IMG/VR virus record: IMGVR_UViG_3300044564_000065
Location: 1 to 33,080 of that record
Origin: a virus
Lineage: Duplodnaviria; Caudoviricetes
Length of the DNA: 33,080 nucleotides
Reading direction: 5' to 3' (one strand)
Shown here: positions 25,821 through 33,080 of the stretch, one piece after another
How the letters are laid out: each line of letters starts with the position of its first letter
How positions within the stretch are numbered: the first letter of the stretch is position 1
Translations under genes and position numbers: made by a program
The notes under the pieces: generated by a model
Database searches by the model: none
What the model saw: the letters and a program-made list of their open reading frames with translations, nothing else
Told to the model about the DNA's origin: nothing

Positions 25821-26558
25821 ATGAGGTTCACGGTGGCATCTCCCACGGACAGGGTCGTGCTGCGCGACTCGCGCGGCTCCCAGACCGTGGGCTGGTGGCT
25901 CCTCGCGGACGGCGTCAAGGGCTGGCAGGGAACGCCGGCCGTGCGCGAGGGCGTGACGGACGGCGTGGGCCACGACGGCGACCTCTGGCCCCAGTCCCTA
26001 TCCCAGGGGTCGAGGGTCGTTACCGTGCACGGATTCGTGTTGGCGCGCTCGACCATGGAGCTGGCCCGCGCCATCGACCGCATCGACGCGCTCGTGGGAG
26101 CGCGCCTCACCGTCACGTGCGAGGACGCGCACGGCAGGCGCTCGGCGGAGGGCTTCCTGTCCGACGACCCGGACCCCCAGCTCTACCCGGACGAGCGCAC
26201 GGCCACCTTCGACCTGGTCATGACGTGCCCCGACCCGAGGCTCTACGGCCCATGGGTGGCCTACCCCGGCACCGGCAAGGCGCGCGTGGCGAACCACGGC
26301 ACGGCGCCGAGCTACCCCAGGGTCCACGCCGAGGGCTCGCCGCTCACGACGCTCACGCTCGCGTGCGGCGGCCAGACCGTCGAGTGGAAGGGCAGCGCCA
26401 CCGAGCTCGACCTCGACCTCTCCGACCTCGCGCCGTCCACGGGCACGCTCTCGCAGGACAACGCCTTCGCGGTTCCCCCCGGCGGCGCGGCGGTCTCCGT
26501 CTCGGCCACCGGCACGGACGCGGCGGTCACCATCCTTGGGAGGGACGCATGGCGGTAG
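25821..26558 (+). CDS. Distal tail (Dit-like) minor tail protein
   Basis: GGAGG RBS, ATG 25821; CPDPRLYG, NHGTAPSYP. Confidence 0.75.
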   Translation: MRFTVASPTDRVVLRDSRGSQTVGWWLLADGVKGWQGTPAVREGVTDGVGHDGDLWPQSLSQGSRVVTVHGFVLARSTMELARAIDRIDALVGARLTVTCEDAHGRRSAEGFLSDDPDPQLYPDERTATFDLVMTCPDPRLYGPWVAYPGTGKARVANHGTAPSYPRVHAEGSPLTTLTLACGGQTVEWKGSATELDLDLSDLAPSTGTLSQDNAFAVPPGGAAVSVSATGTDAAVTILGRDAWR

Positions 26559-27637
26559 AGCTCAGGGCCTTCTCGGGGCTGGACGGCTCGCCAGTGCGGC
26601 GCCTGCGCTACTCCAAGCTGGAGTGGTCGGACAGCGTCAACGAGGCGGGCTCGCTCACGGCCACGGTCGTGGACCGCGGGGACGTCGACCAGGAGGCGCA
26701 GCTCAGGCCCTACGGCACGATACTGGCCGCCGTGGACGGCGCGACCGTGCGCCACGCGGGCTACGTCACGGGCGTCAGGCACTCGCGCGCGGACGGCACG
26801 TGGCAGGTCACGGCGGGCGGGGGCTCGACCATCCTCTCGAAGCGGCTGGTGCTCAACCGCAACCTCCGCAGCAAGTGGCAGGACGGCACGGTGGTCATCG
26901 ACGAGAAGAACCCGCCGGGCGACTGGGTGCTCACCGCGACCGGCTCATACTCCGACCTCATATCGGCGCTCATATCCGAGACCGAGGCGTGGGGGAAGCT
27001 GCCGATAGACCCGGCGGCGAGGACCGGCGGCGACAAGACCCGCACGTGGAACTCCTGGGACCTAGCCACGGTGGCCGACCGCATATCGGACATCGGCGAC
27101 CTGGAGGCCGGCCCGGAGTGGAGGCTCGACCCGTACATCACATCGGGCGGGGGCCTGCGCTTCCGGCAGGTGACGAGCGCGGACGGCGGCGAGATCGTGG
27201 ACCGCGCGTGGCGGTGGAGCGCCGTGGTCCCCGGCTCGGGCGTCTCGCTCGGCGACGAGGACACGGACGGCTCCGAGTACACGTGCGCCCGCTACCTCAC
27301 CGGCGGGCGCGACGATGACCGCCTGCTCGTGGCCCACGCCTCGTCCGGCGCGCTCGCGTCGCGCGGCTGGCCGCTGCTCCAGACGGCGGACACGTCGCAC
27401 TCGCAGGTGTCCGTGCTCGCGACCCTCAAGGCGTACGCCTCCGCCGCCGTCTCCGCAGGCTCGCGCGCCGCGCTCACGACGGAGGTAAGGGTGCCGGCGT
27501 CGCTCGAGGTACACGTGGGCGACCACGCGGACGTGCGCTACGGCACGGGCGCGGGGGACGTCCTCGCGCTCAAGGTGACCGACGTCAGGTGCGCCGCCGG
27601 CGACGCCACCCAGACGCTCGGGTGCAGGGGGAGGTGA
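26549..27637 (+). CDS. Minor tail/baseplate hub protein
   Basis: ATG 26549; WSDSVNEAGSL; follows Dit. Confidence 0.72.
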   Translation: MAVELRAFSGLDGSPVRRLRYSKLEWSDSVNEAGSLTATVVDRGDVDQEAQLRPYGTILAAVDGATVRHAGYVTGVRHSRADGTWQVTAGGGSTILSKRLVLNRNLRSKWQDGTVVIDEKNPPGDWVLTATGSYSDLISALISETEAWGKLPIDPAARTGGDKTRTWNSWDLATVADRISDIGDLEAGPEWRLDPYITSGGGLRFRQVTSADGGEIVDRAWRWSAVVPGSGVSLGDEDTDGSEYTCARYLTGGRDDDRLLVAHASSGALASRGWPLLQTADTSHSQVSVLATLKAYASAAVSAGSRAALTTEVRVPASLEVHVGDHADVRYGTGAGDVLALKVTDVRCAAGDATQTLGCRGR

Positions 27638-27642
27638 GCGGC

Positions 27643-28029
27643 GTGGCTACCTACAGGCCGGCCACGGTGGACGACTCGGCGGTGCTCGCGCGCATGGCGA
27701 GGGACCGCCGGAGGGCCGCCGAGGCCGTGGCGCGCCCGGGCAAGACACAGGTGTGGCAGACCACGGACAAGGTCGCGGGCGCATCGTCGGCGGCGGACGC
27801 GGCACAGACCAAGGCGGACGCGGCACAGACCAAGGCGGAGGCGGCGCAGTCGGCGGCGGACTCCGCACAGGCCGCGGCGGACGCGGCGACGCTCCCGGTC
27901 GGGGCGTGCGTGCTCATGGCGGCCAAGGCGGCGCCGGGGCTCGCCGGCACGTGGTCGCTGGTGACCGGCGTCAAGCTCCCGATGACCGGCAGCGACGCCA
28001 CCTACTACGTCTACGAAAGGACGGCATGA
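27643..28029 (+). CDS. Minor tail protein with Ala-rich coiled-coil repeats
   Basis: ADAAQTK repeat (21-nt duplication), LPVGA..GTW; start uncertain (27634 or 27643). Confidence 0.6.
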   Translation: MATYRPATVDDSAVLARMARDRRRAAEAVARPGKTQVWQTTDKVAGASSAADAAQTKADAAQTKAEAAQSAADSAQAAADAATLPVGACVLMAAKAAPGLAGTWSLVTGVKLPMTGSDATYYVYERTA

Positions 28030-28030
28030 C

Positions 28031-28279
28031 ATGGCAAAGGTTACAGGGTTCTCCCAGCTCACGTGCGACAGGTGCGGAGCGGAGGCGTACGCGGTCGACG
28101 GCTCTCCCACGGCGCAGAGCTGGCGCGACATCTCCCGCATCGACCAGGGGGGGCAGACCGTGACGAGGCTGCTGTGCCCCGCGTGCTACAGGGCCTACCG
28201 CGACCTCGTGTCGGCGCAGGACACCGCCTTCTCCGGCTTCATGGCCAACCAGCCCGACGCGGCGGGGGGCCAGGCATGA
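28031..28279 (+). CDS. Small Zn-finger protein
   Basis: CDRCG..LCPAC. Confidence 0.6.
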   Translation: MAKVTGFSQLTCDRCGAEAYAVDGSPTAQSWRDISRIDQGGQTVTRLLCPACYRAYRDLVSAQDTAFSGFMANQPDAAGGQA

Positions 28280-28620
28280 CGGTGATGAGCAAGCCCACCG
28301 GGCGCGGGGACTTCCTGCTGCACGCCGGGGCGGACGAGCGCCTGGGCGTGCTCTGGGAGCGCGACCGCCAGGACGGCGCGGGCTACAAGCCAATGGACCT
28401 CACCGGCTGGCAGGCCACGCTCAGGCTGGAGTGCGACGGCGAGGCTGTCTTCACGACCGCCTGCACCACGACGAGCGACGGCTACGCCTGGGGCGACGTC
28501 CCGGCGTCGGAGACGGCGGCGCTCGCGACGCGCGCGCCCTCGGGCTCCTGGCGCATCACGGCCACGGACGGCACGTCGACGGACGTGCTGGGCTGGGGCT
28601 ACTACGAGGTGGAGGGATAG
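28276..28620 (+). CDS. Putative baseplate/tail accessory protein
   Basis: PMDLTGWQATL beta-sandwich-like motif; position. Confidence 0.55.
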   Translation: MTVMSKPTGRGDFLLHAGADERLGVLWERDRQDGAGYKPMDLTGWQATLRLECDGEAVFTTACTTTSDGYAWGDVPASETAALATRAPSGSWRITATDGTSTDVLGWGYYEVEG

Positions 28621-29055
28621 ATGGCAGACCAGTACGTGGACCGGAGGACGGTGGGGATACCCGCCGACGTCGAGCTCGTGCGCGACGAGGTCGAGGGCAT
28701 GCGCGACGCCGCCTCGGCCTCCGAGGCGTCGGCGTCGCAGAGCGCGGACGCGGCGGGCAAGAGCGCCGCGGGGGCCGAGCTCAGCGCGCGTGAGGCGGCG
28801 ACGCTCGTCGCGGCCATCAACGGCCTGCGCGTGGGGCCGACCGAGCCGGAGCTCCACAGCAGGACGGAGCACATGCTCTGGGTCAGGACGAGCGACGACC
28901 TCGCCACCGTCAGCGCCCTGCGCGTGTGGGACGCCGGCGCGGCGGGCGACGCGACCTGGCCGGGGGCCTCGACGTACCCCGGCGCCGCGCTCTACCCGAT
29001 GATCGAGGGCACGTGGGTCACGGCGAGGCTCGCCGCCGCGTGCCTGGCAGGATAG
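28621..29055 (+). CDS. Putative tail fibre-associated protein
   Basis: Ala/Ser coiled region, VGPTEP..LWV, TWPGASTYPGAALYP. Confidence 0.55.
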   Translation: MADQYVDRRTVGIPADVELVRDEVEGMRDAASASEASASQSADAAGKSAAGAELSAREAATLVAAINGLRVGPTEPELHSRTEHMLWVRTSDDLATVSALRVWDAGAAGDATWPGASTYPGAALYPMIEGTWVTARLAAACLAG

Positions 29056-29076
29056 CCGAGAGACCAAGGAGACACC

Positions 29077-29448
29077 ATGGCAGACAGCACCAGCACCAAC
29101 GACCTGACGTACACCCCCACGACCTGGGCGGACGGCGCAGACGGCGGCACCGCCATCACGGCGGCGAGGCTCAACAACATCGAGCAGGGAATCAACTCCG
29201 CGAGCAAGCAGGTCAACGCCAACACGAAGAGCATCAAGACGCTCGGGGATTCCGTATCCCAGGTGCAGGCCATCGGTGTGAACAAGATCAAAATCGGAAT
29301 CCTGAGCACGGGGAGGCTGGTGATCTCGTTTCATCTCGAGGACGGCTCGTCATACAATCTCATGTGCAGCAGCACCGAGCTGTGGCTTGACCACTATGAC
29401 TCCAGCGGCACAGGCACGACCCTCTGGGAAATTGTGCCGTCGAAGTAG
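29077..29448 (+). CDS. Tail fibre/receptor-binding protein: constant N-terminus plus currently expressed variable cassette V1
   Basis: AAGGAG RBS; YTPTTW..AITAARLNNIEQGI fibre-type N-terminus; crossover core at 29249-29261 encodes D-S-V-S-Q. Confidence 0.78.
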   Translation: MADSTSTNDLTYTPTTWADGADGGTAITAARLNNIEQGINSASKQVNANTKSIKTLGDSVSQVQAIGVNKIKIGILSTGRLVISFHLEDGSSYNLMCSSTELWLDHYDSSGTGTTLWEIVPSK

Positions 29449-29449
29449 C

Positions 29450-29709
29450 ATTCCGTATCCCAGAGGCTGCCGTTCACGAGCAATTCCCCCGTGTCGGACT
29501 TCGACGACCTGACCACGACGGGCTTCTACTCCGTGGAGGGCACGCACTCGCCCTCCGGCAGCTCAAGCGTCTGGTACTCCGTCCTCGTGATGCAGATCGC
29601 GGGCAACTCGGCCTACGTCACGCAGCTTGCCATGGCCACGGGCGTCAACTCGGGCGCGTGGCTGCGCACCATGGACGGAGGCACGTGGGGCAGCTGGGCG
29701 AAGCTGTAG
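29450..29709 (+). other. Silent variable cassette V2 (81 aa, pyocin-knob-like fibre domain)
   Basis: SVSQ-RLPFTSNSPVSDFDDLTTTGFYSV..YVTQ..WLRTMDGGTWGSWAKL*. Confidence 0.8.
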
Positions 29710-29710
29710 C

Positions 29711-29904
29711 ATTCCGTATCCCACTTCGGAATCGGGGGACGCGTGGCAGGTATGCGGTTCTTGTGCGACGACACGACGGACAGCAGGCTGACGATGCAGG
29801 TGACCTTCACTAACGGCAACTGGTGGGCCATCAACTTCTACAAGGATGGAATATTCGTCTACGACTACGCGACGGACACATCGAAGTCCGTGAAACTCGC
29901 CTAG
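29711..29904 (+). other. Silent variable cassette V3 (59 aa)
   Basis: SVSH-FGIGGRVAGMRFLCDDTTDSRLTMQVTFTNGNWWAINFYKDGIFVYDYATDTSKSVKLA*. Confidence 0.8.
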
Positions 29905-29905
29905 C

Positions 29906-30048
29906 CTACTGGTCCCACATGATGGAGCCTATCGCGGTGGAGTCCAGGTAGAAGGTCAGCCTGAAGGGCGCCTTTGTCGTGTCCCAGGCGACGCTGACGA
30001 AGTGCCCTCCGTCCCGCGTCCTGATGGACGCGAGCTGGGATACGGAAT
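29906..30048 (-). other. Silent variable cassette V4 (42 aa)
   Basis: SVSQ-LASIRTRDGGHFVSVAWDTTKAPFRLTFYLDSTAIGSIMWDQ*. Confidence 0.8.
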
Positions 30049-30057
30049 GCCATTGCC

Positions 30058-30254
30058 TTATTGCGACTTATTCCAGGTGGCTATCACATCAGAGCCTTTG
30101 TAGAGGTATATGGCGGCTGCGGAGACCGCAACCTGGTATCTTGTCCCGTTAACAACCGTAATGAGTTGCACAGGCGCGCCTTCATTTCCGGACACCTGTG
30201 CTGAGGCAATCTGTCCTATAGGCGCGTAGACTTGCACGCTTTGGGATACGGAAT
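30058..30254 (-). other. Silent variable cassette V5 (60 aa)
   Basis: SVSQ-SVQVYAPIGQIASAQVSGNEGAPVQLITVVNGTRYQVAVSAAAIYLYKGSDVIATWNKSQ*. Confidence 0.8.
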
Positions 30255-30255
30255 G

Positions 30256-30407
30256 CTACACGCTTGGGAAGGTGGCCTTCACCTGCCAGACGCAGGCGTC
30301 GTTTACATACACGCGAAAGTACCAGACTCCTGATACGCTGGCCCAGTCAAAGGAGACGTTTTGGTCTCCATTCATGGAGCGGACCTTATTCAGCTGGGAT
30401 ACGGAAT
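30256..30407 (-). other. Silent variable cassette V6 (45 aa)
   Basis: SVSQ-LNKVRSMNGDQNVSFDWASVSGVWYFRVYVNDACVWQVKATFPSV*. Confidence 0.8.
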
Positions 30408-30417
30408 GCCCCTTGCG

Positions 30418-30614
30418 TCATTTACTCCATACCTGGGTGCCGCTCGACGAGTTGTCGAACCGGTCCAGGTGGAGAGACGTCCGCTCCGCCACGAGCCTGA
30501 ACTCCTGGCCGCCTTCGAGCTTGAACGCAATGTACAGGTACGGGCTGTCCGCCGACCCGGACGAGCTGAAGACCATCGACTCGACCCCGACCAGCTTAAC
30601 CTGGGATACGGAAT
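30418..30614 (-). other. Silent variable cassette V7 (60 aa, paralogue of V1)
   Basis: SVSQ-VKLVGVESMVFSSSGSADSPYLYIAFKLEGGQEFRLVAERTSLHLDRFDNSSSGTQVWSK*. Confidence 0.8.
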
Positions 30615-30615
30615 G

Positions 30616-30794
30616 CTACGAGTCCACGCGGCCAAACGCGGTACCGTCCGTCTTGGTGTACAAGTAGGCCTCTCTGCCGTCCTCCAGGGTGAGCCGTATG
30701 ACCACGGGGTTGTCCTTCGTGCTGAAGATGTTGACCTCCGAGATGACGTTCCCGCCCCCAGCGTAGATGAAGCCTACCTTCTGGGATACGGAAT
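30616..30794 (-). other. Silent variable cassette V8 (54 aa)
   Basis: SVSQ-KVGFIYAGGGNVISEVNIFSTKDNPVVIRLTLEDGREAYLYTKTDGTAFGRVDS*. Confidence 0.8.
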
Positions 30795-30795
30795 C

Positions 30796-31671
30796 CTACC
30801 CAGCCGACAGCACGGCGTCCCCGAAGCGCCGCTGCGCCGCGCGGAAGACGTCCACCGAGCGCGCCACGTAGCGCGAGTAGCACATCTCGACCGAGGTGTG
30901 TCCCATCTCCATGGCCACGGTCTCTATCGGCACCCCGGAACCCACGGCGATGGTGGCCCAGGAGTGCCGCAGGCGCTCGGCGCACATGTCCAGGCCGTGG
31001 CGGCGGAACCACCGCCGCATGCGCCCGTAGATGGCGGAGGGCCGCATGGCGCACAGCAGGTCGCGCCCGGACGGGCGGAGCCGGCGCCTGAGCTCGCGCA
31101 GGCGTGCGAGCGCGTAGCGCGGCAGGACCACGGTGCGCCTGCCCTTGGCGGTCTTGGTGCCCCAGACGCGCGTCTCGCCGCCCACGTCGTGCCTGCCCTT
31201 GTCCACGCGGACCTCCCCGGTGCGCAGGTCGAGGTCGCCCCACGTGAGCGCCGCGGCCTCGCACGGCCTGAGGCCGCACGAGGACTGGACGAGCGCGACC
31301 GCCTCCCAGGGCTCGCCCTGCCACGCCAGGGTGCACCTGCGGAGCTCTCGCGCCGTGAGCGTGCGGGCCTCGCGCACGGGGACGGGCGGCAGCTCCACGT
31401 CGTCGGTCTCGCACCAGATGCGCAGGCGGTACGTGCGGATGGCCCAGCGGAGCACCTGCCGGAGCGTCTTGTGGGCCTTGGCGGCGGCGCCGTAGGACAT
31501 GCCCGAGACCCACTCCTGGACGTCCGCGTGGCGTATGTCCTCCAGCTGCATGCCGCTCCAGCGCGGCAGCAGGTGGCACCTGGCGGCGCTCTCGTATCCG
31601 GCGTACGTGTTGGGCCTCACCTTGGCCCGCTTGGCGTCGAGGTATGCGGCGAGTACGGAATCGAAGAGCAT
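30796..31671 (-). CDS. Tyrosine recombinase, putative shufflon invertase
   Basis: GGAGG RBS then ATG at 31671; GLRPCEA, TKTAK, ERLRHSWAT, MGH, RY; no arm-binding domain; stop codon is 1 bp from the last repeat. Confidence 0.9.
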   Translation of the reverse strand: MLFDSVLAAYLDAKRAKVRPNTYAGYESAARCHLLPRWSGMQLEDIRHADVQEWVSGMSYGAAAKAHKTLRQVLRWAIRTYRLRIWCETDDVELPPVPVREARTLTARELRRCTLAWQGEPWEAVALVQSSCGLRPCEAAALTWGDLDLRTGEVRVDKGRHDVGGETRVWGTKTAKGRRTVVLPRYALARLRELRRRLRPSGRDLLCAMRPSAIYGRMRRWFRRHGLDMCAERLRHSWATIAVGSGVPIETVAMEMGHTSVEMCYSRYVARSVDVFRAAQRRFGDAVLSAG

Positions 31672-31682
31672 CTTAACCTCCA

Positions 31683-31734
31683 AAAATCCCAGGGCGTGAC
31701 GGTCCCCCCATCATGGGCCGCGCGCTGGGATTTT
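31683..31734. promoter_or_regulatory. Inverted repeat between recombinase and lysis genes containing ATCCCAG arms
   Basis: AAAATCCCAG (31683-31692) and CTGGGATTTT (31725-31734). Confidence 0.55.
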
Positions 31735-31754
31735 GGGAAGGGAGGGCGGCACGG

Positions 31755-32276
31755 TTGGACGAGAGCCAGAGGGAGGGCCGCGACGCGGCGCTGAAGGTGC
31801 TCACGGTGGCGCTCTCTGGTGTCATGGGCTACCTGGGCACCACGACGCAGGGGAGCCCGCGCTGGGACTACGTGACGGTGCTCTGGGTGGCGATAGGTGC
31901 CCTCGCGCTCGCCGTCATAGGCGCCATCGACGCGAGGTCGCGCCGGGAGGCCCGCCAGCGGGACGAGGACGAGCGCCACGCCGAGATAATCGCGCGGATG
32001 GACTCCCAGGACCGGCGCACGGACGCGCAGGACCGGAGGCTGGACCTCATCATCGAGGCCCAGCAGCAGGTCATGCGCTCGTCGCTTATCCGCGACGCCG
32101 AGAGGTACTGCCGGCGCGGCTTCGTCACTCCCGAGGAGCACAGGGCATACAGCGAGGCTTACGGCTCCTATGAGCATCTGGGGCTCAACGGCTACATCAG
32201 GACCTACGTGGAGCGCGTGGACGCGCTGCCCGTGCGCGACGTGGACGAGGTCATAGGCTCGGAGTCGACCGACTAG
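31755..32276 (+). CDS. Membrane protein of lysis cassette (holin/antiholin-like)
   Basis: GGAGG RBS, TTG start; two hydrophobic segments, coiled coil, YEHLGLNG motif. Confidence 0.6.
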   Translation: MDESQREGRDAALKVLTVALSGVMGYLGTTTQGSPRWDYVTVLWVAIGALALAVIGAIDARSRREARQRDEDERHAEIIARMDSQDRRTDAQDRRLDLIIEAQQQVMRSSLIRDAERYCRRGFVTPEEHRAYSEAYGSYEHLGLNGYIRTYVERVDALPVRDVDEVIGSESTD

Positions 32277-32291
32277 GAGAAAGGATTAGAC

Positions 32292-32537
32292 ATGCAGGAC
32301 ACCATCAGGGACTGGGCGCGCGCGGCAGGCGTGCGCGCGGTCAAGACGGCGGCGCAGGCGGCGGTGGCGGCCATCGGGGCCACCACAACCATGGGGGGCG
32401 TGGACTGGCGCGTGGTCGGCTCCACGTCGCTCCTGGCGGCCATCCTCTCGGTTCTCACGTCGCTTGCGGGCATCCCAGAGGTCGCGGATGGCGCGAGCGT
32501 GGGAAAGCTCGGGGGCAGCGCGGATGGCACGGACTAG
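32292..32537 (+). CDS. Holin (r1t-type)
   Basis: AAGVRAVKTAAQ..VDW..LSVLTSLAGIPEV. Confidence 0.88.
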   Translation: MQDTIRDWARAAGVRAVKTAAQAAVAAIGATTTMGGVDWRVVGSTSLLAAILSVLTSLAGIPEVADGASVGKLGGSADGTD

Positions 32538-32700
32538 CGCCCCGCGCTGCCCGCTCTGCGGGGCGGAGATGCGCGAGGAGCGCGGCATGGAGCGCGAGAA
32601 CGCCGGGCTCGTCCAGCGCTGGTGGACGTGCCCGAGCTGCCTGCACCGGGAGACGACCATCGAGGACGAGGAGGAGCCCAATGGACGAGACAAAAACTAG
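32524..32700 (+). CDS. Small Zn-ribbon protein
   Basis: CPLCG..WTCPSC; start overlaps holin stop. Confidence 0.55.
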   Translation: MARTSAPRCPLCGAEMREERGMERENAGLVQRWWTCPSCLHRETTIEDEEEPNGRDKN

Positions 32701-32741
32701 CGACGGCGTTGACGGAGTGGACGCGGACGGGAGGGGCGAGG

Positions 32742-33080
32742 ATGACAGCGAGTAGCCTTTGTTCCTATTGGAACCTCACTAAAAATTGCTCCTCTAGGCA
32801 CGGCAACGCCATTACCAAGTTCACGCCGCACTACATGGCCGGGAACCTCACGGCGCAGGCTTGCACCCAGCTTTTCAAGGACACGAGCAGGCAGGCAAGC
32901 TCCAACTATTGCATTGGTTCGGATGGACTCATTGCGCAGAGCGTGGACGAGGGCATGAGGGCCTGGACCTCTAGCAGCGCGTGGAACGATTGTCGCGCTA
33001 TCACAGTCGAGGTTGCCAACGTTGACAACGTGACTGGTGAGGTCACTAGCGCCGCGTGGAACGCCCTTGTTGCCCTGGCC
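32742..33080 (+). CDS. Endolysin, N-acetylmuramoyl-L-alanine amidase (truncated by window end; not in ORF track)
   Basis: Hand translation MTASSLCSYWNLTKNCSSRHGNAITKFTPHYMAG..ASSNYCIGSDG..VDEGMRAWTSSS..NDCRAITVEVAN. Confidence 0.85.
   Translation, partial: MTASSLCSYWNLTKNCSSRHGNAITKFTPHYMAGNLTAQACTQLFKDTSRQASSNYCIGSDGLIAQSVDEGMRAWTSSSAWNDCRAITVEVANVDNVTGEVTSAAWNALVALA

Larger units (their letters stand above)
29249..30794. repeat. Eight copies of the 13-bp site ATTCCGTATCCCA (3 on +, 5 on -): putative recombination sites
   Basis: + at 29249, 29450, 29711; - at 30036-30048, 30242-30254, 30395-30407, 30602-30614, 30782-30794. Confidence 0.95.

Noticed and set aside
29491-29709. V2 as an independent gene from a GTG start
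   Set aside because: No RBS; the frame extends back through the crossover core in the same phase as all other cassettes
29249-30794. CRISPR array reading of the regularly recurring repeat
   Set aside because: Repeat is only 13-15 bp, occurs in both orientations, intervals are about 150-310 bp and coding, and there are no cas genes
29077-31671. Diversity-generating retroelement
   Set aside because: No reverse transcriptase and no TR/VR pair differing at adenines; the adjacent enzyme is a tyrosine recombinase
30361-31794. 477-aa + strand ORF, plus 30272-30667 and 30264-30500
   Set aside because: Antisense shadows of the recombinase and of cassettes V6-V8; recurring LGYGM/WDTEC peptides are the repeat read backwards
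32681-32755. 24-aa acidic ORF MDETKTSDGVDGVDADGRGEDDSE
   Set aside because: Has an RBS and overlaps both neighbours but is too short to support; may only be a coupling peptide
1-33080. tRNA/rRNA genes, IS elements and att sites
   Set aside because: None recognised; the window starts at the integrase stop and ends inside the lysin, so attL and attR lie outside it

Overview
High-GC temperate siphovirus-type prophage or phage genome segment, probably from an actinobacterial host such as Coriobacteriia (host is an inference from GC content and gene style). It runs left to right as follows. Lysogeny module on the minus strand: tyrosine integrase, membrane-anchored DEDDh exonuclease-BRCT protein, LexA/CI-like repressor. 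Then a divergent promoter/operator switch, cro, an xis-like gene, replication genes (initiator with an internal iteron-like origin, DnaC-like loader), a ParB-domain protein, an array of small mosaic genes, a second tyrosine integrase, ssb and a late activator. The late region has HNH, terminases, a portal-MuF fusion, a P-loop-prohead protease fusion, an HK97-fold capsid, head-tail and tail genes (with a -1 frameshifted chaperone), and the lysis cassette (holins and a truncated amidase). The standout is 29077-31671: a short tail-fibre/receptor-binding gene whose constant N-terminus is followed by eight alternative C-terminal cassettes (3 on +, 5 on -). Each cassette begins with the identical 13-bp core ATTCCGTATCCCA in the same reading frame (S-V-S-Q/H), and the array abuts a third tyrosine recombinase. 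This is a nested multi-inversion shufflon predicted to switch host-recognition tips. Six of the seven silent cassettes are absent from the ORF track and were translated by hand.
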